This document shows positions 34,401-47,440 of a stretch of DNA of 64,000 bases, one piece after another (position 1 is the first letter of the stretch; each line of letters begins with the position of its first letter). Below the pieces are notes generated by a model. That model saw nothing but the letters and a program-made list of their open reading frames with translations, had not been told where the DNA came from and ran no database searches. This stretch comes from Marsupella aquatica (Eukaryota > Plantae > Marchantiophyta). A program made the translations under genes and the position numbers. The stretch spans positions 4,179,595 through 4,243,594 of the forward strand of contig OZ316896.1 of the NCBI GenBank assembly GCA_973895155.1, given 5' to 3'.

Positions 34401-37400
34401 AGGGAAAAGCTGGGGTAATTTTCCTTATTCTTGACAAATATGCCAATTGAATCCTTAAGTCGTTTCCTCTTCGTGTTCCCTCAAGGGGGTGTTTGTCGCA
34501 AAAGTCTTACTAATTCGTTCTTTTGTAGATACTTAAACCAGCTTTTACTGTACTGGTGGACGACACTTCACGGTGCATTCTCCTTGTGATTCGAGGAACC
34601 CACAGTGTGAAGGACACATTGACTGCAGTTACTGGAGCTGTTGTACCCTTTCACCATGCTGTACTCGATGAGGGAGGAGTGAAAAATTTAGTCCTGGGAT
34701 ACGCGCATTGTGGTATGGTAGCAGCGGCAAGGTGGATTGCACAGCTAGCTATGCCCCACCTTTTGAAAGCCCGCTCAGATTATCCAGATTATAATCTCAA
34801 GGTGAATGTTTTCTTCTATTGAAGCTTAGGATATTCCGTTCGTGCGCAGAATTTGTGTCTTATTCTAGCAGTATCTGAGTGTCTGTTTCTAGCTTTTAGT
34901 AAGTCTGCGTGTTGTCAAGAGGGATCTCTAATTACAACCTGAGAGCTACTAGTCTGGCTGGAGAAGGTTTGCAAGCATTGTTGGAGAAGTCTGTCGATCG
35001 CATTACTCTGCGGTCATAATGATAGGTTGATACCGCATCTGGTTCGATAAATGGTCATGGCCCTTTCGCTCCCACCGTGAAAGGTAAGGATAGGTTGGGT
35101 CCACTAACGTTTTTCTTGCTTGATTTCAGGTAGTTGGCCATTCTCTTGGAGGCGGTACAGCAGCCCTGTTGACTTATATTCTCCGTGAACGTGGGGAATT
35201 TCAGTCTGCAGTTTGTGTGAGTTTTGCTCCAGGTATGTTCGCTCACATTGGGGTTGATCTTTCATATTGATGACTATAGTGGGGCTATTACAAATTTTCT
35301 CTGAAAAATCGTAAATATGATGTTGAATTAGTTGCTTCGAATATATTTGGAAATCAGGTCTTCTGCAGATTTCTAGCTTCTGGATCAAAATAACCTTTTG
35401 TAGGTGACAAGAGCACTGAAACTAAAAAGCTGCTCAGAATATCTGAACTTATATTGCAACGCAATAAAGTCTGGAGGCTGATGGATTTGCTTTGTGTGTC
35501 TGTAGCTGCTTGCATGACATGGGAATTAGCGGAATCAGGTGACTCGTTTGTCACATCGGTCATTAATGGGTCAGATTTGGTGCCCACATTTTCCGTGGCG
35601 TCGGCAGACGATCTCCGTGCAGAGGTACAGAATCTCACTTTGATCTGTTGATTCTTGATCTCATCTTAGCTAAGAGCCAGTGTGGTAGGCAGGGTGTAAT
35701 GCTTGAGAATTGAGAACATTTGGCTTCTACACTGACACTTGGGAGCTGCTGGATTGAAACTTAGAGATTAGGATAATTGCTACTTTCCAAGCTACATTCC
35801 TTCGTTGTCGTGGCTGATTTTATGGATGGGAGGGAGGTCATTAAATAATCGGGATATTTAAGGAAGCTTCCACCCCTACTTGTGGACTTGGTGCTGACTG
35901 AGCTATGTATTCTGTTGCTTTTCTTTGTTGCTTGCATCGGGAATCTGTCGAGTTAGATTGACTGCACATAACAATCTTTTTTCCCTTGAAACCAGGTGAC
36001 GGCATCTGCCTGGATCAATGATTTCCGTGAGCAAATTGAACGCACCAGAATTTTAAGCACGGTCTTTCGATCGGCATCAGCAATAGGTAGTAGGATTTCG
36101 TCTATTGCCAGCCTATCAAGAAATCCGTCTATGACAGTTGCCAGGGCGGCGCAGTCGGGTGTTGCCAGTGCTGGGGCTATTTGGCGACCTGTCTCAACAA
36201 GTACACAGGTTGGTTCTTCTGACAATCAGGTGGTTGTAATAGTGGAAGGAAACAAGCTGCGGGAACCTAAGCTGCATTAAATCTCAGTTTTCGCTGAATT
36301 CCTGGATTTTGTTTCTCCTAGAGAGGTTTAGTCATAGTTGGTGACCCATCATGCAGTATTCGTGGTCTGTCGAATTAATCAATTTTGTGATGTTGAGTGA
36401 TTGTGCTCGCGTTCTCTGGACCTTGTCGTTTTAGTTTGCAGTGTGATACACAATCATTAGATATGAAGCCTTTTTGAATTCGTTCATTCAAACAAATTCG
36501 TAATTGAGCTTTTCTATGGCACAGGTGGTTATGAGGAAAGCCCAGAATGTGGCTCAGGCAGTGGTGCGCACAAGACCACCGCTTGGACTTGCAAGTTGGT
36601 CCTGTATGGGTGCCCGTCGACGAGCAACAGTCTCTTCAAAGCCAGCCTTGGCCAATAGTTATGCTTCATCCTCCTCACATGCAGAGGATATGACAGTGCC
36701 AGATGGGGGCATGGTTGTGAAAGAGATGGTTGTGGAGGAGATGGTCCCAGAAGATACAGGTTCCGGTGATTTGGATGCAGAAGACCTGCTTGCTTCATAT
36801 GACGTGAATTTCCATGTAGACGAGGAGCAAAGTCAGATGGAGGCCGAATCTTGGGTCCGGGAGAGTTTAAAGCAGAGCGAAGAGAGTGAATATCCTCTTC
36901 TTCCCGGAGATAGAATATTCAAGACAGAGGAGGAATTTAGGGAACACTTGGAGGTAGAAGATGACGATGGTGAACTTCCTCATACGGTGGATGGTGTAGA
37001 TATTGAAGAAGAATACTTATGGCAGCAACTAGAACAAGAACTAAGTCGCCAAAGGGAAGATAGTAGGCTGGTACGAGAAGAAGAAGAAGCTGCTGCCAGG
37101 GAAATCACTCGGGAGGAAGAGAACTTAGTATCCACAGCTACCGAAGCTGGCCAAGAAATTGTTAGTGAGCCTGAAGAGGGAGGATCCCAGCAAGTCTCCA
37201 ATCGGTTTTACCCTCCAGGACGGCTCCTGCACCTTGTGAGTCCTATCCCGGTCCCCGATGCCGATGGTTCTAGCTCTGACACCGAGAATCAGAGAACAAG
37301 GGTGGGAATATTTTTGACTGATCGCAAGCTCTACGGAAAAGTTCGGCTGTCACGAACTATGGTAGCGGATCATTACATGCCCAATTATAAGAGGATGATA

Positions 37401-37481
37401 GAAGCTCTTATCGTTGAATTAGAAAAAGAGATTTCAGAACAGGAAGGTGACTTACATCCAGATTCTGAGGCACCTGTGTAA
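31489..37481 (+). CDS. Class 3 lipase (mono/diacylglycerol lipase-like, with Lipase3_N region), ~724 aa, 7 exons
   Basis: Exons 31489-31800, 34217-34414, 34529-34801, 35130-35232, 35506-35624, 35996-36208, 36525-37481, all with GT-AG introns and in frame. Motifs: MATAAMAGAAGAAVVLYY N-terminus, WPIGDLAFGI, IRGTHSVKDTLT, AHCGMVAAA, nucleophile elbow GHSLGGG, DLVP, FYPPGR and MVADHYMPNY. An alternative in-frame ATG lies at 31471. A 5'UTR intron at ~29659-31413 is probable. Confidence 0.92.
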
Positions 37482-37901
37482 TATACAGATAAACCGGGGT
37501 ACGTTAGCACCTTTCAGGGAACCAGCTCTCCATGCACACCTCGTGTACTGCTCTACGGTCTGCTCTTGTAAATACTAGAACAAATTTTGGCAGGAGGCTA
37601 GCAGTCCTGAGCTTGCCAAGGGTATTCACACTGGCCCTTCATTGCAAGTTTAGGATGCTGGTAGAATAAAATCCCGTCTGGAATTGATAGAATTTTTATA
37701 CCCCATCCTGGGAATAGATTCGCTCTGCTCTATTACAGTGAACTTCAATCTATAGGGGTAAGGTGCAATCCTTTTTAGAAACATTGCAGAGAGATGTTTT
37801 GTTTGGTTCAGATGCAGATTATGTATAAAAATGATACAGGTGATTCTGGGACTTCGATTCTGACCAGAGTCTGAAATTGAGTGTTGGCGTGAGATACACC
37901 T

Positions 37902-38317
37902 TTGAATTGGTTGAGAAATAAACTAGGGTGTGTAAATAACATAGAAGATACAATTGGAGTCTCAAATCAAAGTCTGTCTGTCTGTCAACTCTACTTTTGT
38001 AGAAAAGTTTTAGTATTGGCTCAGTGTGACTATGGTTCTCATACAACTCTAAATTCGTTGAGAAATACACTAGGGTGTGCAAACTACATAGAAAATACAA
38101 TTGGAGTCTCAAATCGAAGTATGTCTATTAACAACTCTGAGTTATAATTTTGGCTGTGTGACTATGGTTCTCAGACATCTCTGAATTGGTTGAGAAATAA
38201 ACTAGGGTATGCAAACTATATAGAATGAAAATTGGAGTCTCAAATCAAAATGTCTGTTTGTCAACTCTACTCTTATAGAAAAGTTATAGTATTGGCTCAG
38301 TGTGACTATGGTTCTCA
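37902..38317. repeat. ~140-bp tandem repeat, three diverged copies
   Basis: AATT.GTTGAGAAATA.ACTAGGGT...AATTGGAGTCTCAAATC...TTGGCT..GTGACTATGGTTCTCA occurs three times. Confidence 0.85.
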
Positions 38318-38635
38318 AGCGTGTCATAGTGATCATAACCTTGCCAATTGACCAAGCAATTGCTACTTTATGAAGAGGTAACAACAAATATTATTCCTAA
38401 AAGCAATATGTTCTGTGAATTTATCACTTTGCTTGTCATAAGCGTTTAAGATGAACAATATTCATCATTGTCTGAACTCACCATATTTTTGCAAATTAGT
38501 CAGTGGACCCTTTGTTCATCCAAGGAATGTGTGTAAATTTGTTTTTTCTTTGAACAAAGATATAAATTTTTTCAGCCAAAAGGATTGGGGATACTTTAAA
38601 CCCTGCCAATTGCCGGAGTGAAACTGCTAGCCGTG

Positions 38636-38960
38636 ACCCTATAGGCATGTAGTTACAATTATAGAGATACTAGTGAGCGAAAAGGTAAACTGAAGGGCCA
38701 TTTCTTCAGTCTGTTTCCAAAAAAGACTACTCTTGGGCTTCTAACCCTATAGGCATGTAGTTACAATTATAGATATACTAGTGAGCGAAAAGGTAAACTG
38801 AAGGGCCATTTCTTCAGTCTGTTTCCAAAAAAGACTACTCTTGGGCTTCTAACCCTATAGGCATGTAGTTACAATTATAGAGATACTAGTGAGCGAAAAG
38901 GTAAACTGAAGGGGCATTTCTTCAGTCTGTCTCCAAAAAAGACTATTCTTGGGCTTCTAA
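38636..38960. repeat. 108-bp near-identical tandem repeat, three copies
   Basis: ACCCTATAGGCATGTAGTTACAATTATAGA...CTTGGGCTTCTA starts at 38636, 38744 and 38852 with only a few substitutions. Confidence 0.95.
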
Positions 38961-40399
38961 CGTGGAAATTTAATCTCTAATTTACTTTTACATAAAAGCT
39001 GATATTATTAGAAGCTACTATCTCGCTGGGGTGGTGGACTGCCAAAATTTGTGCAACATTGTGCTATCAAAATAGGTTTTGTTTTGTGACATTAGCTAAA
39101 TTTTTGAAAAGCTAAGAATGTCAAAATGTTTCCATTATGTTCACTGGACACACACACCTTAGACACGAGTAAACCTGTTGGTCCAGAGCTTTTTAAATTT
39201 CGTGTTACTCTGCTTTGATTTGATAACTGAACATTGTAGTTTTGTGCATAGATTTTCGAAAAGGGGAAATAAGTCTCAAATTGTAATACATAGAAGATGC
39301 ATTACAATAAGAGGCAAGTAGGAAACAACCCAATAAGAAACAACAAGCGATACTCTAGACAAGTGCACCCGGGCCTGGTGCGATTGCAGCTGTCCGACTT
39401 AGAAAGTTAATGCTCTTTTGGACTCCTATGATTACCTTGGTGGCTAAAGAATTCTATCGAAGTCTCCAAACTAATTCTATAAAACTTCCGCAACTAAGAA
39501 TTGTATGCTTGATAGCGCCTCTTATCCATTGGTCCACAACAAAGGAGCATTATAATTGCAAACTAAGACCGAGCCTACGCACTATTACTTGTGCAGGCCC
39601 AACTTATGTGAGTACCACCATCCAAATTGAAAAACATCCCATGTCTTCATCTCAGAAAAGCTTCCATCTTTGACTCTTCGATTTGAACAGGATAAGCAAG
39701 AAGTGACGGGCATGACAAAGAATCAGGCACCTGATCAGGCAGCTCCGTGACACGTAGCCACAATTGCTGATGACATCTCCTGCTCCAACCGCTTGTCACA
39801 AAATGAGACACAACGAGCTGAACGATGAGGCTGTCAATGTTTCGAATGCACATCCTGTCTTCAGGAAATCCTTCATGACAAGCCCTCGTTGATCCTCCTG
39901 TGGACTTACAAGAGAAATCCCGTATCCATCACAAATCCATCTATTTGCTTGGTATGGATGCCAAAATTTGTTGGCTTCAACATATCCTATTATACAACCA
40001 AAAAAAACCTAGAAGACAAAGAAGCAATTTTGCAGAGCTTGTTCAATTCTCCATATCTCTTGGATGGTTGATTATCGGTTGAAAGTTTAGAGACAATGGT
40101 CCTGTTCTCAAAGGCTCCTCATTGCATTTGGAGTGTCACTAAGATGACTACTCACTGATCCCAACCTAAAGGCCATTATTGAACCACGTGATGCTAAGGG
40201 AGGAGGGTCCTTAGCTTCTTTTGTTCCTGCGGTTTTGTTTGGGCAGTTACAAGAATACGGTTACTTTCAATGTTGAACACTATTTATTTTTATAAAAATA
40301 AATTTATAAATGTAAGTAAAGGGATTATGGGTGAATGTTTTTAATCTTGTCCTTTGTATCAATAGGTTTGGATGAATTACTTTTAAGTATTCTTACATT

Positions 40400-40812
40400 A
40401 CGTTTTGACGGCACGGCGTCCATAAAATTACACAAAAATTGACGTAAACAAGATGGAGAGGAGGTTATTCAATGCGCAAACATGACGCATCTTGTTTCAT
40501 GTGAATGTTGCTGATGTGGCGCGCTGTGGAGTCTCAAATTTTGAAAGGGACCTCTAGTGGGGTCCGTAATGAATTGGTGGATCCCTCGTTGTAAAGATTG
40601 TAAGGAAACTAGTACATGTTTCTCATATTTTTATTATTTACGGACCCCCATTAGGGATCTCTTGCAAATTCTCTGCCATGAGGTTGTGCCACATCACCAC
40701 AACCAGTCATAAACAGGAATGATCTTATTTTTAACAATAACAAACGTGCATATTCCTGTTTGTGGCAGAAGCAATGTAATTTGTTGGGCGCCATGCCGTA
40801 AATATTAAACGT
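40400..40812. mobile_element. ~410-bp foldback (long-TIR) MITE-like element
   Basis: Left ACGTTT..ACGGCACGGCGTCCATAAAATTACA pairs with right TGTAATTTGTTGGGCGCCATGCCGTAAA..AAACGT. Inner GATGTGGC...TAGTGGGGTCCGTAA pairs with TTACGGACCCCCATTAG...GCCACATC. Confidence 0.7.
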
Positions 40813-41014
40813 AAAAAAAACCAAAATACAAAGGAAGAGATGTCATTTAGTAAAACAAAGTTACCATTTTGATGTTTGTCAAAGATATGTCAGTGTTTTA
40901 TATCAAAATGTCTGTATTTTTTAATTGTTTGCAAGTTTTGAAAAAGCAATCAATAGAAATGTACATAGTTAAAACCCCTTTGGCTTCACATTGTAAAACT
41001 AAATAATCAATCTC

Positions 41015-41420
41015 CTTAGTACTTGATAAAATATGCCAATGTTTGATTCATTGGAAAACTCAAGATCAAGATTTAGAAACTTGTGACCTCTTTAGTAATG
41101 TCTTGATAAAATGTCTCAATGTCACACTCATTGGAAAGCTAGAGTAAAATTAAAAACTCATCATCTCCTTAATACTTGACAAAATCTATCAATGTTAGGT
41201 TCATTGGAAAGCTAGAGAAATTTAGATACTCATGATCTCCTGAGTACCGTGACAAAATTTGACATGAAATTTGTCAATGTCGGACTCAATGTTGGAAAGC
41301 TAAAAGAATTCATGAATTCATGATCAAAATTTCTTATATTCACTCATTGGAAAGACGAAGAAATACAAAAACTCATATGGAACTTGACAAAATTTGTCAA
41401 TTTGAGACTCATTGGAAACC
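41015..41420. repeat. Degenerate ~65-75-bp tandem array (~6 units)
   Basis: CTTGA(T/C)AAAAT...TCAATGT...TCATTGGAAA(G)CT recurs through the interval. Confidence 0.7.
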
Positions 41421-42400
41421 CTTTCTCGATTAAGAGATATCACAATCTTGTCACCGTCACAAACTTAGCCGCTATAAATTGATTTATTTGATTACGTCGC
41501 CATTGCTTGTCCACAATGCTTGCTTCGCGACTTGAATTGTTCGCATCTCTTAGATAGTCTTCAACTAAAGCTCACTCTGAACACAGGTTGACGCCAAATG
41601 CAGCCTCTATGTCAAAGAAATAATTGTTGGTTTTCCCCTCACACCATAGCTTTCTTAAATAAAAATAACTATAGATCCTTTGTGTGAAGTGATGACTCGT
41701 TTGTTTTGTGTGTTCTTCTCACCGAATCGACAAGCGCTCTTTTACTAACAACTGAGTGTTGTGCTCCAATGTGTCTTGCGGTGGTAATGCTCAATGTAAC
41801 TCACAAACAATCAATCAAGAATGGTTGAAAAATGATTTCTCCAATGTGTAAGCAAAACCTATCAAAAAACTCACTTCCTCCACATTCAACCTTCCGTTTG
41901 ATAAATCTCTATCTTTTGAGCATTTGTTTTGTACGAGCACACACCAACACCATCGGGAGACTCAAAACCGTCGGATACCGCCTTGATGAAAATTAATTTC
42001 ATTTAATTACATACACATTCCTTAGATGAACATGGGGGTCCACGGATTAATTTTAATTTTAAAAAGAATGCATACACTGCAAAGTCAATGTTTACATCAA
42101 AATACTCATAACATTCTTAAGCGTGCATCACAAATCATTTCAAGGTTTCTCAAAAATACTAAAATATATTGTAAGTTAGGGCCAAAATTTTGATTAATAA
42201 ATTTTTGCAAAAGACAAGATGTGTCCAGGTGTGCTAGTAGAGCCTTTTTATTCCTATGACACCAGTTAGGCTTTGGCAGACTAGGATAATGCACATTTGA
42301 GTTCCAGGCTCCACATATACGAGGAAAAGTGTAAACCCAAGGTGAACACAAACATGTGTTCACACTCAGAGTTTCACTCTTTAGGTGCTAAGGAATAAGA

Positions 42401-42603
42401 GGGCAAGAGGAGGAACTCTAGTGAGTTGGCTATGGCAAGTGGGCTATGGCTAGTGCAGTTGTATCGCATTGCTAGATTTCTTTCATGACAGTTGAGATAG
42501 CCCATGAATGAGCGGGCAAGAGGAGGAACTCTAGTGTGTTGGCTCTGGCAAGTGCAGTTGTATCACATTGCTAGATTTATTTCATGACAGTTGAGATAAC
42601 CCA
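42401..42603. repeat. ~110-bp tandem duplication
   Basis: GGGCAAGAGGAGGAACTCTAGTG...AGTGCAGTTGTATC.CATTGCTAGATTT.TTTCATGACAGTTGAGATA.CCCA occurs twice. Confidence 0.85.
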
Positions 42604-43252
42604 CACAGATAAACCACCTATTTTTAATGTTGCTGTTAAATGGATGCATGTTCACAATTGCTGACATTGTCTTGTTTGATCTAGATTTTCTTTAATAGAA
42701 TAACACTACCATGGTAATATTTCAAAGGGTGAATTATTGCCAAAATAGTCCCTTCTCCAACTTTTGACCAAAACTTGTTTTCGGCTATAGTTGGATCTAA
42801 TGGTTGTCCTTTAGATGGATCCCACATACATTTCCTCCTATCAAACATAACTTCATTCCTCTCATCTTATCATGTCAATATCAGGTGGGCTCCAAAGTTC
42901 TAAAATGCTCCTCAAACCTGTCAGCAAGCATCAGGTTGTCAATACTTGCAAAACCAATTGGAATGGAGTTTAAGATGCCATTTCAGTCCAGCTAAATTGA
43001 TTGGTGGAACAGTCAAGCCAAAATGCGGATTGCCAATCAACCATGAATGGTGGACCTAGAGTGGGTAGCGAATGATGTGTTTGGACCACTTTGCAGGTTA
43101 GCTGAGTGAAGAGTACTGAAATTCAATGCTTTGAACTAAATTGAGGATTTGATCTTGCAATAACTTACAGAGAGTTCTTAGAGACCATTCAATCCTTTTC
43201 CCTCTTGGTGAGTTTTGCGTTGGTCGTGCCACTATCAAAAGAAGTTCATCAA

Positions 43253-46200
43253 TCACTTTCCTTTCAACTCACTGGTCAAAAGTTGGAATGATTGATAGGA
43301 CATCGGTTTCTTCAACCACTCTTTCAAAGGAGATGAATCAGCCCCAAGCAAAGTATTCCTCGTTTTATTGTACGATGCCGCAGAGACCTGGAACACAGCG
43401 AACTTCAAATTACACTAGACAACTGAGTAGGAAATCTAGATGTCACCTACTATGTCACAACATACATGAGTGATTAGTATCTTAGTAGCTAAGAGTCAAA
43501 TGAGGAAAGATATCGGGAAGAAGAGTACCTTGATTTCATTATAACTAAGTTCAGCCATTTCTTGTAAAGGAGGGAAGTACCGCAACAAGAGGACGTATCT
43601 TTTCAGAAATGTCTTCCTGCACCAATACACTCAAATGTCACTGATGCTATATCACTTGAGACTAGGAGGAAACGTTGCTAGAATCCAACCGAAAAAGGAA
43701 AACACAACACCAGCAGTTATAACCACAACTTAAAAGCATTTAGACAATAAGAGCCTCAACTACAATCAAAGAACTGAAACAAAAAGAATTCTGGACGTAC
43801 TTGCAAACAGAAGACTGGGTAGAACTATTCAGTGCTCCTTTACTGGATGTCCCTTGTTTTCGTCCTTTTGTACCCAGAATTACTTCATGTACTTCAGATG
43901 AATCCCATGTCACAGAGTACCTTCAACGTTGCAGGAGTATATAAGATAGAATGAGAGAAATTCCCAAACGCAAGCTAAATTGTGAAATCATTCAAATTAT
44001 GTGTGCGTTAAGGTCAAATTAAACACAATCAAACATAGGATTCTATTGCGCTATCAAGAGATCAAGTTTGATACCGATCAACCACAATCCCTAGTCTTTA
44101 GACGGGTGGAATAACAAAACCAAAGCAACCAAGTGTGCTTCCAAACTACGACATAGAGAACTGCAACGCTAAATTTCAAGTATTTTTCTACATTAGTGAC
44201 CGCGAGAATCAACTCCTGTTTGCGATTGAGAGTCATTCTGAGAGCGTCTCTCACTGACAGAAAATGACTGCGAAATTCCCATAGGAACATGGAAGTTTTA
44301 GTACATGTCAACAGACCCAAAGCCAATGGCAGCAAATAGGAGAATTACTGCAAATCTGTGTACATACCCACAAGCTAGAGGAGCAGAACCATCGTTAGGA
44401 GGTCTGAATTCGAAAGGTGGTTCTGGACCCCTCCACAGTCTTGGCTGAGCAATTAGAAACGATGTTTGATGAGACTTTGATTCCAGGAACATTGCCTATA
44501 TAGATCTCAGGATTGGGACGCAAAAGCGTAGACTGATATAACAATGAGTTTAAAGTGACAGGCAGCTAACTGTATTCAACTTGAAGGGTAGTGATATGTC
44601 ATGGATGAGTGGAACAAGGCGCTTAAACAGGGACCGCTGTAGTGCTCCCAGTGCTTCTCTTCGAAAAGTCTCCTGTACAACATTCATTTTATTTTGACCA
44701 TCTTTTGTGTTTGGAAGACCAACCACTGGATTGTAAGACGTGCTTAACATCCTGTTCAAGTTGCTGCCTACTACAATGGACGATAAATAAATCGGTTCTG
44801 AGATGAAGTGAGAAAGCAGGGCCCCTGCACACCGAGAAAGTGATCTGAGATGGATGCATCCAGGATGAGATACTAGTTTTAAACAACTTACAGCTCAAAA
44901 TTTAGCATCCTTCGCCGCTGTAACTTTTCTGAAACAAATTCCTCCAATGCCTGATTGTTGAAAGTAATACAACCTGAAGCTTAGTTTTCAAGAAGAAATA
45001 CCTTGGAGTCCGAGCACGTTCCAACGAGCAATTTTGTCACTACAGCTCATAGACAGTGTTGCATCACCTCGACCAGGTTTTCTTCGTACCATTCCCGTGG
45101 CCTGTAACTCTAGTCCGGACAGCAATTTGAGGCATCGCTCACAATGGCAATCTTTACCACTGGTCCCCAATGTATCAGTGATAAAAGAAACCTCGTCCTC
45201 TGTAGCATTCGGGCATTGCTGTTCACATATACCTCTCGGAAAACCTGATATCCCAGCATTGCGCTCCGCAGTGAAAGCTTCCTCCCTAGTGACACCTGCC
45301 TCGATTCTTGCCAATTTAGCACCCGTCTGCTTAATGAAATTCAGTTGATCTTGGCGTCCGACTGTACTCTGTGACCGCTTCGTTGCTAGGTGTTGTCCAA
45401 CAGCACTACCTTCACAAATTCCGCTTGAAGATGAGAAAATACAAGCATCTCCACCTGTACAAGCAGCCATACCAATAGATATTGAGACTAGGACTCCAAT
45501 GTAAATGGCCCACAGCAAGCAGCTGTGACCCTTCGAGTCTAGTCAAGCAGGAATGAAAAGGGCCGAGACAATACGTGGTCGATCTACTTCGCACAAATCT
45601 CTTGCCTGGAACGTAAGAGCTCAACTATAGACATGTAGTGATTGAAGCGATGAGGACTTACATGGGTGTTGACTTATATAAAGGTGAAGTTGGAACCCTG
45701 ACCGAAGCCGGCACTGTTTGTCTTGTGATTCTGATACCCATTCAAGAATAGGCTCTGCGATTCTATTCCTTTTGGTTGAAATGCTTCTATCGACGTGCGA
45801 AGCACCGACATTTTGATCCTTTGTACATAATCGCTCAATCTCAGAATACAAGAACCTGGGATAGCACATCAAAGACGGGTCATTCTACAATGCACAGATG
45901 GTTGAAGTTAAAAAAAAAGGCCACACACAAACAGATGGGGCCGATAAATTGCTTTCGCACAGATGCACTACCTATGAATAAATGAACGTCATAGAACGTC
46001 CAGTTTGGAGTCGTCCTCAACACTATCAACAGCACTTGTTACAAATCACAATTGCAGCACGTGAAAGACGCAGGAAGAGCAGTAATTTGAAGAAATTTCA
46101 ATTCTTTGAGATATTCAAAAGTTATAATTATAAGACATTGAAACCATAGAAGGAACATCCACTGGCAAACACTCTACACATTGTCGCAGTATAACGCATT

Positions 46201-46973
46201 CGCAGATAGGGTTGGAAATCTCTAAGTACTACTTTAACGACATTGTCTCGAGGAACTTATTCATCGACATCTATCATGTCAAAGGTAATCCTTCAAGTGT
46301 TGAACCGAAATCTTTTCAATTGCAGCAAATGAAAAGTGACAAGCGCACTTTCAAAAAATTTCAGCTTCTTAGTCTTTCTTGTACAGCAATGCTGCCTTCA
46401 TCCCATAGGTCTCAAAACACGTAAACTAGTTTGATGGAGCAAGGACGCCCTTCAGTCGTGAGAACATTGTTAAGACTATCCCCGTTTCAGAAATTGCAAC
46501 CGTCTCAATTTAATGTGTAGGACATACCTGAGAAGGGCTCTTCGAGCAATGACTTCTGCGTGAGAATCATTCACTATATCCCCGGACGTGCTCATGCGAG
46601 AAGGCCCGATGCACTTCGTTCCGGTCCCTAGAGCAACAACCCGTAATCCGGCATCTCCACCTGATAGAAAGAGATTATTTCCGTCCCACACAAACAAAGG
46701 CGATCTCACCTCCGGAGACAAGAAATGCTGCTAAATTATAGGTTCATCCAACACTAACACAACATAGAGCAACGGAAAAAATTGTCGCAAACAACCAAGG
46801 GCGATCTCACCTCCGGAGACAAGAAATGCGGCTAAAACGGTGGCCTCAGAGCCCTGTGGTTTGCCCTTTTTTGGAAGACTTGCATACTTGGCCATCACCG
46901 TGTCCGCCACGATCCTGCCCCAATCTCCTCCTTCCCCTCCCCCATCGCTCTGCTCGACAGCCAGTTCGTCCAT
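43253..46973 (-). CDS. TAD1: tRNA-specific adenosine deaminase 1 (A37-to-I, ADAR-type deaminase domain), ~538 aa, 9 exons
   Basis: Exons 46973-46811, 46660-46528, 45855-45662, 45454-45002, 44824-44571, 44444-44368, 43920-43801, 43616-43529, 43387-43253, all with GT-AG introns and in frame. Motifs: [78 protein letters not shown] and C-terminal WLKKP. No dsRBD is present, which favours ADAT1 over ADAR. Confidence 0.93.
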
Positions 46974-47187
46974 GGTCCAAGCTTGTGAGGTCCTGCATTG
47001 CGGGTGGATGTCAATTCGGTATGCACGAGAGTGACGAAGGGGGTATTCCGAGACGCCCTTAAACCCTTCGTGTAGAGGACCTTCAAGAATTTTCCACATC
47101 TGAACCACGCCCGTAGACCCTACCGGTAGAGGACCGACCTTATTAGCCCCGACAAATAAAAGAGAGTACAATAAAAATGTCACCAAA

Positions 47188-47440
47188 ATATATTACTCTT
47201 AGCCCTATGCCATGCTAGTGCAAATATATTACTACAAACCCTATGCCATGCTAGTGCAAATATATTACTACGAGCTTTGCACTGGACTAGTAGGCTCGTA
47301 GTAATATCAAGAACAAATGTGTGTGTCTGTCTTGATTATTATGAGCTTTGCATTTGACACACACATTTGTTCTTGATTACTACGACCTTTGCACTGTGCA
47401 AGCAGGCCGGGGCTTTATGGGGCAAATCAAGAACAAATGC
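47188..47440. repeat. Direct and inverted repeat cluster (hairpin-forming) just upstream of TAD1
   Basis: CCCTATGCCATGCTAGTGCAAATATATTACTAC occurs twice. A ~30-bp stem (47296-47327 / 47356-47385) contains a perfect 22-bp inverted repeat, ATCAAGAACAAATGTGTGTGTC. Confidence 0.8.

Noticed and set aside
38636-38960. Possible CRISPR-like array
   Set aside because: The units are contiguous full-length copies with no unique spacers, there are no cas genes, and the context is eukaryotic.
39400-40130. Coding-like composition suggesting a transposase or pseudogene
   Set aside because: The frames examined are interrupted and no family motif could be recognised.
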